Source of the DNA: Hypanus sabinus
Lineage: Eukaryota
DNA: 64,000 bases
Assembly (NCBI RefSeq): GCF_030144855.1
Contig: NC_082712.1
Location: 136,772,001 to 136,836,000, forward strand
Reading direction: 5' to 3'
The notes beneath the pieces are model-generated. The model was given only the letters and a program-made list of their open reading frames with translations. It had not been told where the DNA came from and did not search any database. Positions 34,125-48,150 of the stretch are shown in pieces. A program made the translations under genes and the position numbers. Position 1 is the stretch's first letter. Each line of letters opens with the position of its first letter.

Positions 34125-37020
34125 GAGTCATAGAACACTACAGCATAGAACCAGGGCCTTCGGCTCATCTAGGCCATGCTAGTCCATTGATCTGCTTAGT
34201 CCAATCGACCTGCACCTGTACCATAACCCTCCATACCTCTCCCATCCACATACCTATCCAAATGTTGAAATCAGACCTGCATCCACTACTTGTGCTGACA
34301 GCTCATTCCACATTCGCACCACCCTCTCAGTGAAGCTTCCCCTTGTGTTCCCCTTAAAAATTTCACCTTTCACCCTTAACCAATTACCTCTAGTTCTAGT
34401 CTCACCTAACCTCACTGGAAAAAGCCTGCTTGTATTTACACTACCAATACTACTCATAATTTTTCTGTATCTCTATCAAATCTCCCCTCAATCTTCTATG
34501 TTCGAGGGAATAAAGTATTAACCTATTTAACCTTCTATAACTCAGGTCCTCAAGTCCTGGCAGCATTGTCGTAAATTTTCTTTGCACTCTTTCAATCTTA
34601 TTTGCATCTTTCCTCTAGGTAGGTGACCAAAACTGCACACAATACTCCAAATTAGACCTCACAAGCATCTTATACAATTTCAACATAATATCTCAATTAC
34701 TATACTCAATACATTGATTAATGAAGGCCAATTTTCCAAAAGCTTTCTTTAAGACTCTATCTAGATGTGATACTATTTGCAGGGATTAAGGAATCTGTAT
34801 TCCCAGATTCCTCTGCTCTACTACACTCTTCAGGGCCCTACTGCTCATCATGTAAGACTTACCCAGGCTGATGCTCCCAAAGTCCAACAACTCACACTTG
34901 TCTGCATTAAATTCCATTTGGCAGCTCGTCCAGATCCCACTGCCTGCTTTGATAGTCTTCCTTGCTGTCTACTACACCCCTTAATCATGGTGTCATCGGC
35001 AAAATTGCTGATCTAGTTTACCACATTATTATACAGGTCATTGATGTAGATAACAAACAATAGATCCAGCACTAATCCCTGTGGCACACTACTAGTCATA
35101 GACCTCCAGTCAGAGAAGCAACCATTTACTACCTCATCATGAATGCCAAGTGACTGAGCCTTTTTGGCCAACTTCCCATGCAGCACTTTGACAAATGCCT
35201 CACTAAAGTCCATGTGGACAACATCCACTGCCTTGCCTTAATCAACTTTTCCTTGAAAAACTATAAAACTGGTTAGACATGACCTACCATGTACAAAGCC
35301 ACGTTGACTATCCCTAATCAATCCCCATCTATCTAAATACTTATATATCCGGACCTTTAGACCACCTTCCAATAACATTCCCACTACTGATATTGAGCTC
35401 ACCGGCCTATAATTTTGTGGTGTATTCTTAGAGCTTTTCTTAAACTGTGGAACAACATTAACTATCCTCCAATTCTCTGGAACCTCATCAGTACCTAAAG
35501 ATGTTTTAAATCTCTCTCCTAGGGTCCCTACAATTTCTGCTCTAGCCTCCCACAGGGTCCAGGGGAATACCTTGTTAGGCCCTGGGGATTTATCCATCCT
35601 AACTTGCCTCAAGATAGCAAATACGTCTTCCTCTGTAACCTGTGTAGGGTCCATGACCTCGCTGCTGCTTTGCATCACATCTATAGTTTGTGTCCGTCTT
35701 CCAATTAAATACAAATGTAAAAGCAAAATCTATTCAAGATCTCCCCCATTTATTTTGGTTTCACTTACAGGTTACCACTCTCATCTTGCAGAGGACCAAT
35801 GTTGGTCCTTCGCTGTCCTTTTGGTTTTAATATATCTGAGAAGACCTTAGGATTCTCCTTCACCTTGTCTGCTAGAGCAACCTCATGCCTTCCTCCTGAT
35901 TTTCTTCTTAAGTGTTCTCTTGCATTTCTCCTACTCCTCAAGAATCTCCTTTGCTCCTGCCTGTCTATAACATACCTGCTATGCACTTCCATTTTTGTCA
36001 TAACCAGCACCTCAACACCTTTCGAAAACTTAGGGTTACTAAACCTGTTATCCTTGCCTTTTATTCTGACAGGAACATACAAACTCTGTACTTTCAAAAT
36101 TTCACTTTTGGAAGTCTCCCACTTACCAAGTACACCGCAGTCAGAAAACAGTCTGACAAAATTCACATTTGCCAGATCCTTTCTGATAGCATCAGAATAG
36201 ACCTTTCTCCAATTTAGAATCTCAACCTATGGACCAGATCTATCTTTTTGCATATTTACTTTGAAAGCAATGGCACTGTGGTCACTGGATGCAAAGTGTT
36301 CTCACACACAGACTTCTGTCACCTGCCCTGCCTCATTCCCTAATAGCATATCAAGTATTGCACATACTCTCACTGGGACTTCTATGTACTAATTAAGGAA
36401 ACTTTCCTGAACGCATTTGACAAATTCTATCCCATCAAGCCCTTTTACAGTATGGGAGTCCCAGTCAATATATGGAAAGTCAAAATCACCTGTTACACCT
36501 CATGTTTCCTGTAAAAGTCTGCAATCTCTCCACAAATTCGCTCCTCTTAAATCCTATGGAATGCTGGGTGATCCATAATATAATCCCAATAATGTGCTCA
36601 TGCCTTTCTTAATCTTCAGTTCTACTCATAAAGCCTCACTGAACAAGATCTCCTGTCTGAGCACTATGACACTCCTCCCTCCTTTAATCCCTCCTGCTCT
36701 ATCATATCTGAACCAACTTAACTCCAGAACATTGACCTCCCAGTCCTGCCCCTCCTGCAACAGTCTCACTAAGAGCTAAAATGTCATAATTCCAAGTGCT
36801 GATCCATGCCCTAATTCATCCACTTTTCTACAATACCCCATTGCATTGAAATATATGCAAATCAGAACATCAGTCCCACCACGTTCAAACTTTTGATTCC
36901 CAATTTTGTGTGTAGGTTTTACATTTTTCTCCATAACCACTCTATGAACTGTTCTGTGGCCTCCGCAACTCTAGCTTAAACCATGCCCCCCAACTCGTGC
37001 AACATTTGCAAATCTTCCAA
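34125..37020 (-). mobile_element. CR1 LINE fragments (ORF1 end through ORF2), degraded
   Basis: DKSPGP, NYRPVS, DFSEAF; the ggtttaagctagag ORF1/ORF2 junction lies near 36975. Confidence 0.85.
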
Positions 37021-37029
37021 CTATTTTGG

Positions 37030-37320
37030 ACACTCTCAAAGAACAAAACTCATCAAGAAAAAAGCCAGGAACTTCATCCTTTATTCGGGGACATTACACC
37101 AGTTATTTGGGGCAGAAGACTGTTGTCGAAGTTTCTAACTAGCGTCAAATGCATTGGAGAGAGCTGTTTTTAAGTAGCATCAGTTGCATGTGCTTGTGTT
37201 TATAGAGCACTGATTTTTGTCACTGATCATTGGTGAGAAATAAGCAGGAAGGCAATTCAGAACTGTTGCTTGCTGTGGTTTCAAGTATTCAGGTTTGGAG
37301 ATACTAGAAACAGCCAGGAG
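37030..37320 (-). pseudogene. Possible decayed C1-like exon
   Basis: AVSSISKPEYLKPQQATVLNCLPAYFSP resembles the A-B strands of neighbouring exons; tttctag|tatct parallels the start of the 44057 exon; stops and frameshifts follow; truncated by CR1. Confidence 0.35.
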
Positions 37321-38146
37321 TGAAAATGAAATGATTTCACCACTTAACCAAGTTAAGAATGAAAAATAATTTGAAGGTATTGAAATTCCTATAATGAAAA
37401 TGAAGATTTGGTGGATGCAGTCATCAATAGGCAGCCCATTGTCTACATTAGGTGTCTGCACTGATTTTGTTCATTTATCGTCAATCAAAAGAAGCAGAAA
37501 TGTACACTGGATGAACTATTAGGAACTAATACAGTTTTATAGTGCTGTAGTAGTATTGATAGTGTTCTAATTTGTTCTGTATTTCACTTAAATACATAAT
37601 TTGTTTTCTATCTTTTTAACTATTTCCATGAAACTTGGGCTAATTGGGCAGCCACTTAATTGGGCCAAAATTTACTGGTCTGATGTGTTCCAATTAACTG
37701 GATTCCATTGTACTTCAATTCAAAGTCCTTTCTTTTCTGCTATTAATACTTTTACTCAAGTAAAGGTTTACAGATGTCCCCTGCTTTATGAATGTTCACT
37801 TTACGCTGCTTTGCTTTTACAAAAGACCTACATTAGTAACCTGTTTTCGCAAAGAGGATTTTCACTTTTACGAAAATTTTTCCCATATAAATTAATGTTC
37901 TTTGCTTTACGCCATTTCGGCTTAAGAAAGGTTTCACACGAACATTCTACCTTTGTGGGGGCGGGGGGGGGGGGGGAAGACACCTGTATAAACTCACCTG
38001 GGCCTATGCAGGAAACAAATAAATGAAAACAAATTATGTTATTCAAAAATAATTTGTAGTTTTGTTTTACTCTGATAAATTCAGTTTTTGCTAACAAAAT
38101 TAATAAGTTTGTTAAAATTAATGGGTTTTGCACCAGTTTAACTTAC

Positions 38147-38458
38147 CTGGAAGCGGTAAACGAAACTGCTTTTTAATACCATCAGATGAAAGTCCATTTT
38201 TCACCACAATGGCAAATTGCTTATTATAATGCAATGCTGTTGGCATAAACTCTAGACAGGAGCACAAATGATAAGATCCATCTTTTTCCATTGTGGGGCT
38301 TGAATTTTTGATTCCTTTTAAGATGGGTTCCTCATCCATTAGCCATTGGGTGGAAATTGCATTGTGAGAACAAGTGGTTACATTACATTTAAGAACAAGA
38401 GGCTGGCCATATAATGGATTTTCTGGCTCAAGAATGACATCAGAAATCTTTGGAATTC
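38147..38458 (-). CDS. Gene B post-TM C1-like domain 5
   Basis: caaatag|GAATTCCA...CTTCCAG|gtaagt; 312 nt; (G)IPKISDVILEPENP..GQPLVLKCNV...TQWL...KDGSYHL...LEFMP...QFAIVVKN; F-strand Cys absent. The ORF track shows only its second half. Confidence 0.9.
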
Positions 38459-39258
38459 CTATTTGAAGAAAAAGCAGACACTGTTTACTTACTGCTTTTG
38501 CTCTATATTATAGAGTTCATTTAAGCAACCCTGCCTTCTCCCATACAAATACTATTGTAATCAGATGAAATTTAGTTGAAGAATAAAATTACCAGAATTC
38601 CAGGGACGGAAAAACACTATTATATTTCTGATTTATGTACACTTTTGGGCTGTTAATCTGAAGTTCCCAAAGGAACTGACTAAATTTAAAACAGAGCTAC
38701 TGACAATATATAAAAATGTTTCACAACAGTTTTTCTATGTGTTTCAGTCTTACTAAATTGTACTTACTTAATTAGCTAGTAATCAAGAAATGGCTCCCAC
38801 TTACCGAAGAACTATTTGGAAAGCAAATAAAAATGCAAATGTTGGAATCTGAAAAAAAGAATGGAACTGCAGGAAGAACTGAGTTGTCACTCAGCATATG
38901 CAGAAAGAGAAAATGGTTAACGCTGCAGATGGACGAGCCTTCATCAGAACAAGGAAGTAAACAAAGTGGATGTTAGTTTAAACAGCAGAGGAGATGAGGA
39001 AGGAATGTTATTACTATTGAATGAATACAGGTGTAACACATTGCCAACATTTTGCAGTCTTGGTCCTGTTGATTCATCTGGTTTTCATGCTGAGCAGGCC
39101 AGGAGAGAAATCGAAAGAAAGGAAAGAGGTGGGTGAGAGGATGAAGCAGAATTGAAACTACAAATGGCAAGTCCTGATACACACAGAAAGAAAAAAACAA
39201 GTTAACAAAAGTTGGTGGCCACCCATTTCAATTCTACTTCCCATTCCATACCTACATG

Positions 39259-40978
39259 TGTTATGAGTGATGAACAGACCTGATCTGATTTAGTTAAAAA
39301 GAATGCAGTCCTTTTGGGTCAGATGGCCTTGGTTCAGTGAAGAAAGGGTTAACCTTGGCAATGGTAGAAAGTGAGAATTCTCAGTCTCTTGTGTTAGACG
39401 GTGTTCTAAAAGTTATTCAAGGAAAAGGGAAAAGTATTGTTCCTAAACTTTTGAGTAAAGAAAATTTAAAGTCGGGTTTGGTTTCAGAACTGTTGACAAA
39501 AGTGAAGGGACTGTTAACTGTACAATGGCTTGTTAACAAGGTGCCTGCAAATCAACTACAGTTTGTTTTGGAATTTAAGGATAAACATCTTGGTGATGTT
39601 GTTCAAGGATGTGATTTGGAGAGGCAGAACTTGAAGTATTGTTTTGACAAAGAGGGATCACCTGCAGATGTTAAGCTGGAAACTAATAGAATTAAAGATA
39701 CTGAAAATAAAATTAATGACCTGCTTAAAATTAATGAGTGGTGTGGATGTTCAACCAAAGGGCTTAGTTTGGAAAACATTAGTGATAAGTTAGCTCATGG
39801 GAAAGGAGTCTGTGAAGGCCTATTCCACACTGGTGAGCAAACTAACCACGTGAGAGCTAAGTGGAAAAGAGGCAAAGGTTGACCAAATGCCACTTTGAAT
39901 AACAGGATCTGGTTTTGCAGGAATTTGACTTTTTAGGTAAAGCATGTGAAAGATAAAAACACCATGGAAGATTGACTGTTTGAATGTTAAGATTAAAAGT
40001 AAAATAGAGATTAGTATTCACACAAACTTCTGTAATGTACTACATTATAATCACACATGTATTGGTTCACACTTTGTAATATACACCTAAGCTAAGCTAA
40101 GGTATTTTTGGCTAACATGAAGAATAAAAATAGGAGATTATTAAGTTGGAGTCTGTTGTTACAGGAATTTGATATTAAAATACAACATGTAAAGGGGAGT
40201 GACAATGTAATTGCTGATTGTTTATCCAGATGTTAATTTGAATGTGTATCTGTATTATTCTTGTAGTTAAGAACACTTCTGTATTCTGTTAAACTTTGTA
40301 ATTCTGTAATATGCTTTATTAGTTAATTTTCACCTTGGTGAAAATTCTTGGAGGGATGGGGGTGTTATGAGTGATGAACAGACTTGATGGACAATGGGGT
40401 GCAGAGTTACCCACCCCCCTCCCTGAGAACCATGAACTATTACTGTTGCTGTGCTGCTCATGAGAGAGAGAGAGACGAGACACAGGTAAGAACATCTGCG
40501 ACAGATAAGAGAGAGAGAGACTTGATTTATTGTATTGTGACTCTTCCTGGATTATTTACCTTTTTGCTGCAAGGACATTATTTTGCTCATTAACATTCCT
40601 CAAGGGATTGCAGGAGTGGCCTGATTTGATGGACACAGTCATTCAGAGTTGATGGATAGCTGAGACCCCATTAGTAGGGATAAAAGATAGGTCTGGAGCG
40701 ACACCATTCAGACACATCAGTGGACCCTGACTGAGGGTTGTGAACCCACAAGAAAGGTGGCGGTTTCGGAGACCGAAGCAGGAGATCGGTCAATATAGCT
40801 CTCAGTGTAACAGCAGGGCCGGTGGGGACTTGTGTGTCTGTTCACTCATGCCAGAGTGACGAGTCCACCACAGAAGAACGGTCTAGCTGAAGGATGGAGG
40901 GGTCAAAGCTAAATGACCACCACAACGGTACGACGGATTAAGAAAACAATAGAAGGTTTGCCTGCTGCAGCTGTTCCA

Positions 40979-41022
<44 letters not shown>

Positions 41023-41309
41023 CCTCCAATGATTACAACACAACCATAACTACTTCAGCACTTGTGAACTGAACTGAACTTTATACTTTTCTATGACAAC
41101 TTATTTACCCTTAGACATCGATAGAGCTTGTTTATTATTATTCCCACACTTCTAGGTTTATTATTGCTAACCTGTGTTATATGTATATTTGCATCATTGG
41201 TATTGTTTTGCTTATTTTACTAATAAACACTTTTGAATATAGTACCACCAGACTCCAATGGATTCTTCTCTCTCTGCTGGTCTGACGCCCAGTTATGGGG
41301 TACGTAACA
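39259..41309 (+). mobile_element. Deleted Ty3/Gypsy (Gmr1-like) LTR element: 5' LTR stub, internal remnant, PPT, 947-bp 3' LTR; 4-bp TSD CATG
   Basis: tgttatgagtgatgaacagac at 39259 and 40363; LTR ends gtaaca at 41309; CATG at 39255-39258 and 41310-41313; RNase H C-terminus NRRLLSWSLLLQEFDIKIQHVKGSDNVIADCLSR at 40117-40236; PPT ggagggatggggg. Confidence 0.88.
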
Positions 41310-41314
41310 CATGT

Positions 41315-41790
41315 CAGACCATGGCCTCCTCTACTGCCAGAATTAGACCACACTCAGGCTGGAGGAGCAACATCTTATATTCCGTCTGGGTAGCCTCCAA
41401 CCTGATGCCATGAAAATTGATTTCTCAAACTTATGATAGTTGCCCCCTTCACCATTCCCCAATCCCTTTTCCCTCTCCCACCTCATCTCTACCTGCCCAT
41501 CATCTCCCTCTGTGCTCCTGCCCTTTCCCTATTTTTCCATGGTCTTCTATTCTTTATCAGATTCCTCCTTCTCCAGCCCTTTATCTTTTTTATCAATTTC
41601 CCAACTCTTTACTTTACCCTCTCCCCCTCTCTCAGTTTCACCTATCACCTTGTACTTCTTCCTCCTCTCCCCCCACCTTCTTGCTCTGACTTCTCATCTT
41701 TTTTCCAGTTCTGATGTCCCATTGACTGTTTACTCTTTTCCATAAACTCTGCCTGGCCTGCTGAGTTCCTCCACCATCTTGTGTGTGCTA
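41315..41790 (+). mobile_element. Penelope-like element 3' fragment
   Basis: HGLLYC...RLEEQHLIFRLGSLQPDAM, matching the GIY-YIG C-terminus of the 21021-22290 element. Confidence 0.8.
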
Positions 41791-43733
41791 ACTAAAGTTG
41801 GACAATTCAATATTGAGATTCAACTTGGGTTAGATATCTGAAACATCTAACTTAATGTCACATGACAAAATTTAGTTCACCTCACTGATGCATACTTATT
41901 TTCATCACTGTGTAATATTCTTTGTGTAATATAAAAGGGCCAGATATTGCAGAGATGTCTTCATACCCAGTATCATGGTTTGAACTTGTCCCACACATTT
42001 GTTTACTTTATCCAGATGTAGAAGGCCAATTTACCTCCACATCCAATAGTCCAGCAGCAAACGGTAACTATATGAGGTCCCAAACCCAAAGCAACACCAA
42101 CCATCTATGACAGGCACAAACGGAGGCAGAATTTTTACAGGCAGGAAAAAATTAAAATTTTTAAAACTTTTTAATGTTTCTAACGCCCAGAGTTAATTAT
42201 ACAATGTCAAGAATATTAACATAAAACAGTTTAAAGCTTTAAATGGATAATAATTAAAAAATAATACTGTCAAAATGGTTGTTGTGATGCATCTAGTGTG
42301 GTAGTACTGTCACTCTCACTTTCAGCCTCCACCACTGGCTAGCAGTCTTGCGAAAAGGACACCCAAATGTGTAAGCCTCTCCCTGCCAGTACATGGCATC
42401 TCCAACAGCAGGCTCCAAGTAGTGCCTCCTCATTGGGAACACATGGAAACTGAACTCCTTTTGGACTCAGGCTGAACTACAGAGGATGGGAGGAGTTCTG
42501 GTCCCTGCACACATAGCACACAGTCACAGCAGCATGTGGACACGCCCTGGTGCTCGTGAACCAGATCGCCAGCTATGGGTAAATAGCCCTATTGCCTTGT
42601 GGGCTGCCTCAGCAGAGACAAAGGCTATGGGAGTAAACCCAGACAGCAATTCTGGAGTGGAGCCCTTAAGGTGGCAGGTTGATATTCAACATTCATCCGG
42701 CCACTCCTGTAGCCATACTTGTGCCAAATATATTGTTTCATAGACTTTCCTTTGGACTATACTGGTGAGGCCAAGAGAGGGACCTTGATGACTGGGCATC
42801 TCAGATCTCCATATCTTCTGCCTAGGCTTGTGATGATGATCATTATCACTCTTTGTCCTTCAAGACAGATGGATGCCAACCAATAACGTAAAAACTAAAT
42901 CACTGATAGAAGTTCCTTACCTGTTCTTTAACCCACGTTAAAAAGAATGTGATCTCAGATCCTGAAGCAGGTTGGATCTGACTCAGGATTCAAGTGGCAA
43001 TCCCCTATAATAATGCTAGCGAATCTGAAGCAGTGGCTTGAGTCTCTCTTCAAACTCCATGGAGAGACCAGTGACACAAGCAGATCTATTCCCCAAAATA
43101 GCACCAGGGAATCCTAGCAACACTGAATTCCACCACAAGAATCTAGCAACAAGGTGAAGCAATTCCCCAGGAAGATGCCATGAAATCCAGTAACCTCTAA
43201 GTTACATAACTGGGTTCCATTTGGAGTGCAGTGGAAATCAAATCAAATCCCCAGAATAACTCTAAGGTATCATACTGGGCCTCATTAGTAATTCTAAAGG
43301 GGTGTGCAGCAGCCTGGCTAAACTTGTGGTCTTCAAATTAGCCCGTGACTCTTCATTTTCCATTTTTACAATGTATGCTGAATGTTGTTATTTCCAAACA
43401 AAACAGCAAACAGTCAGCTGGAGCTGGGCATCTCTCTTTAGTTGTACTTAATTACAACATTTTTTTAAAAATAAATTCTAATTTCTGATAGCTTAAATGC
43501 AATTTCTTTCCCAAAATTTGACTGACAAGTAGGGAATTTTACCATAAAGTTTGTATTGCATGATTTACTATATGTGTATTTGCAGTCTTTAAAAAAACAC
43601 ACACACATTTCAGTGTACCAATTTTGTGGTACAGTATTAAACGTGTGAAATTTTGTCATGTTGATAGCTATAGAAATATGTAGCTCCCTAAAATAGTATA
43701 AAAGCAGAAATTAAAAATGCATTGAATTCATAC

Positions 43734-44057
43734 CTCCAAGATGCAACGTGTGAAAAATCCTTGTAGGTCTGTGAGAAGTTGGAAAATGAAGAGCCTCAAC
43801 TTTGAAATCAATCTGCCGATCTTCTACCGAAATTATGTATTTATATCGACTCTCACTGTAGTAGAAGCCGGTATTTTTATCTATCTCTGGGGTGGTAGAA
43901 GTTATTTCATGATCGTCAATCCTCTTATCATTTTTGAACCACATAAACATGACATTCTCCGGAAAGAAGCCATAAGCAATGCATAGGAACGTTGCTTCTT
44001 TTCCTGGCTCTGGGTATTGTGGTTCAACTGTCATGTTGTCCATTAATGGAGAAGATA
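43734..44057 (-). CDS. Gene B post-TM C1-like domain 4
   Basis: tttacag|TATCTTCT...CTTGGAG|gtatga; 324 nt; TFLCIAYGFFP..MFMWFK...TGFYYSES...DFKVEALH; F-strand Cys absent. Confidence 0.9.
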
Positions 44058-45807
44058 CTGTAAATATCAAAATAAATTGTTAAATAAAGTGGTTTTACAA
44101 CCTACTTAAATAACCCAAACAAAATTATACAAGAAAACAGTCACAATTATCTTGAATTTGAGCTACCAAGATCAGCATTTCAGCATGGAAAAGTATTGGA
44201 CTTGCACTACTGAGAAACCTTTGGGCTGAGATGAGTCTGTAGCCAGACAAGAGATGGGGAACATGGCAGCTCCATCACATCCACCAGAAGATGCAGAATG
44301 CACAATGATACCCCATAAGGCAGCTGCCCCTTCTCCTCAGCAAATGTCTCTTACTGACCATAACATTCAGAATGCAACCTTAAGCCACATAATTCAGTGC
44401 CAGACAATCATACAGCTACTGCACATTCCCTTGGTGTCTCTCTCTTGGTGGCTATGAGACCACTTCAACTATTTTAAAGCTGCTGCAAAAGTCTAGTTTC
44501 TCAAACAGATTTCAAGCACTGCAGAAATTGGGTGCGTGAAGGTTGGGTGCAGGGGTTTTCTCTGTGTCCCCAACAGAATGGAGCTGCTAATAATGCATCT
44601 ATATACATTCCTATAATAATCCATTTTAACTATGATTATTCTACTTATTCTCATCCTTGAGAATGTATTGACTCATAGGCAAGGTGCCAGCGTAGTTTCT
44701 CTATCCACTTCAATCCTAACTCTCTTCTCATAGTTTGCCCTGATCAATGTCTCAATCGCAAAGCTTAGCTTTTATTCTCTGATCTGTTAAAAAAAACTAA
44801 TAACTTCTGACAATCTCCTTGTCCCTTTGTATACCACTCTGTACACTTTCATTCTGCTCTACAGACCTGAACTTTCACCCAGTGCTAAATATTTCCTTTC
44901 CCCACTTCCTCCTTTAATTAGAATAAATATATTTCATTTGCCAGTAGAGTGCTTGCTCACCCAATTTAAGTGTACCATGTCTCAACAGAACAATCTCAAA
45001 ATAATGCTAAACCTTATGAATCAAGGCCCTTGCTGCCTATACAACTTAAATCATAGATTTAATATGCTATTTACTTGTACCTGTATCAATATGATCAAGG
45101 ATAATGAAGAGAACTCTGCTCAAGTATTTAATATTGATAGATTTAAATCTAAAGCTAACTTCTTAAACTCTCAGCAGAACCACATTCCAAACATATTTCA
45201 TGTTTGATAAAACCAACAGAGAACTCTGAGCATTCTTCCTCCAGTTTGGCCAGCAGTGAATCCAGAACGCATCTGCGCATCAATCTAGTAGGTTACCCAT
45301 TCCACTAACAATGATTAAATTAACAAAGTTAACTAATTTGTGTTCTACAAAGGTTACTGAAATTTTGCAAACTAAACATTTTGAAAATTTGTAACAAACA
45401 AACCAACGTGTTTGTGAAGCAATGAAATTTTACCACATTGCAGATTACCATTATTTTGCACTATACCACTCTATACAGGTAGTGGACCAACTGTTCATCA
45501 TATGACTTTCCCTAATCACACAGAAAAGAAATTCACTCCTAAAACTATGCACCTTCAGACAGGGAAGTTATAAATAAAGCCAGCAGGGAAGATTCAAGAA
45601 GCAAACAAGTCTTCACCCAACTCACATGGTCTTATTGATACTGGATATAAATCAGAACAAAAGTTGCATTTACGGTCAATAGACTTATAAGCCACCCTAA
45701 CAAGCTGATAGATCCATAGGGTTGAAGATCAGCTAGATAAAAATGAGGGGAAAAAATGGAAGGATTTACTATTTTAGATTTAGTGGGGGCGGTGGTGGTG
45801 GTGGTGG

Positions 45808-45809
<2 letters not shown>

Positions 45810-45885
<76 letters not shown>
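45810..45885. repeat. (TG)n microsatellite
   Basis: About 38 uninterrupted TG units. Confidence 0.98.
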
Positions 45886-45889
<4 letters not shown>

Positions 45890-46486
45890 TGCGCACGCAC
45901 TCACATGGTATGTTACCAATGGCAAAGGCCCACTGGGCTGATGCCCCAATTCTAATATGCAGAAGTTCTACACCTTATTATGTTTATTTCTATAATTGTG
46001 ATTTTTAAAATTTGCATGGCTTTAAAAGTTGAAGAGTTAAATTCCTCATATACCTTTTCCAACTTTGTCTCTACAGTAACATCAAATTATCAAACTTATT
46101 CCAGCCAACAACTGAGCAGCCTGCCCAGGATTAGATTTTGTCCCTCAAAGATTGCATCCATATCCATATACATTTCTGCTTTCTTCAAAAAAAAAACTCA
46201 CTGAGATATCTGACCAGATTTCAAGTTGTGAAAATAAAAACTTCGAGTGAAAAGACCATTTTCTGATACTGTAACAAGAGGCCAGTCTTAAACTGTCCAA
46301 AGTTAGCTATTCCAGTTTGGCCAGCCATGAAGCTGGAACTAGAATGCACATCTGTTTGAACCTGATAAATTATCCAAACCACCAAACAATAACTTAACAA
46401 ACGCTCTTGCGTGTATACATTTGTTTTCTAATGGCTATTGGAATTTTGCAAAATAAAAAGTATTAACAAATAAAACATTTACTCAC

Positions 46487-46798
46487 TCAATTTAACCAAT
46501 TTACAGCTAGTTTTCTTGGTGTCTGTCATACTTTCATGCTGGAATTCACACGTTAATAACCTCCCCAAATCTTCTCTTTCAGGAATAAATTTCAAACGAC
46601 TTGTGTAGCTATAACGACCATCCTTTCCCAAGATAGCTTCAGGTTCAGCATTCATTTCCTCCAGTATATTATTATCCATTTTCCAGATAACTTTGACGTT
46701 TTTTGGGAAAAAGGAATATATTCGGCATGATGCGAAACCAAATTCTTCTACAATTGGGACTTCAGGATCGATTTTTATATCATCACATTTTGGGATTG
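46487..46798 (-). CDS. Gene B post-TM C1-like domain 3
   Basis: gctcag|CAATCCCA...AAATTGA|gtgagt; 312 nt; ASCRIYSFFP..VKVIWK...KDGRYSYTSRL...LTCEFQH. Confidence 0.92.
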
Positions 46799-47084
46799 CT
46801 GAGCAGCAAAGAAAGGGAAAATAAAGTGTAAAAGATTGAGACAAACTACAGGTTTTGTTTAAGAACCAGCTTCAGATGGAATCAATAAAAAGAGGATACT
46901 GATATTCAGTTTGATGGGGCTTTTGTAGCACATTCAGTAGATCACTGAATTATTATAGATAGCTGGAGAAATCTGCAGACTCAAGTACAAACCCTTCACG
47001 ATACTAGGGAAAATTAAACTCAGGTAATTAAATAAATCTATACTAACCATAAACAGTACAGAATAGGAACATGCCTTTCACTCC

Positions 47085-48150
47085 ACAATCTTAAGCCAAT
47101 CAAATTTCATAGTCAAATGCCTAACAAAATGAATCCATTCTAACATCATGCCAACCACTGAAGTCAGGCTTACTGGCCTATAATTTCACAGTTTTACCTC
47201 TCTCCTTTTTAAAGTGTGGAGTAACATTTATGATTTTCCAGTCCTCCAGCACCACTCCAGAAGGGTCTTGCTATTAACAGTGCCCCGTCCCTTTGCATTT
47301 GAATTTTCAAATTGAAACACTTCATATTTGGCCGAAGATAAACTCCCATCTACAACTGATCTATATCCCACTGCATCCTTTGACCAAAACACTGCCAATC
47401 TGCATATCATCTACAAACTTCCTAACCCACCCATCTATATTTTCATCCAGGTTATTTATGTATTTGGCAACTAGCAGAGGTCCCAGTATGGATCCATAGG
47501 AATACAAGTCACAGACATCCAGCAAGAATAGGTCCTGTCTACCACTACCCTCTCTCTCCAAGGGGCACATAAATTCTGAATCCAAATGACCAATTCACCA
47601 TGGATCCCATGTATTTATATTTTTTCAATGAACCTCCTCCGAGGGACCTTATCAAATGTCTAAGTAAAATCCATGTAAATAACATCCACAGCTCTATCTT
47701 CATCAAACTTTCATCATTTCCTCAAAAAACTTAATCAAGCTAGTTAGACACAACTTGCACTGCACAAAGCTATGCTGATTATCCTTAAATATGGTTTTCC
47801 AAATGCTCATAAATCTCATGCTTAAGAATCCTCATCAGTAATTTCCCTATCAGTGATGTGAAATCCACCCGTCTATTGTTAGCAGGATTATCCCCATTTC
47901 CTTTCTTAAATAATGGAACCACATTAGCTACTTGACAATCCTCCGGGACCTCACTTGTGGCTAGAGAGGACATGGTCAAGGCCCCAACAATCTCATTGCT
48001 TGCCTTCCTTAATAATCTGAGGCGTATCCCATCAGGCCCTGAGGATTTATCCACCTTAATGTTCTTTGAGAGAACCAATAAACACTTGTTCTTTATCTCA
48101 ACATGCCCTAGTAAATTAGCATGCTCCACACTGGTGTCCCTACCCTCCTT
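47085..48150 (-). mobile_element. CR1 LINE fragment, degraded
   Basis: DKSSGPDGI...NVVPLFKKG; ORFs 47361-47585 and 47785-48129. Confidence 0.8.

Noticed and set aside
45632-46008. (HT)n and (CV)n ORFs
   Set aside because: They are translations of the (TG)n microsatellite.
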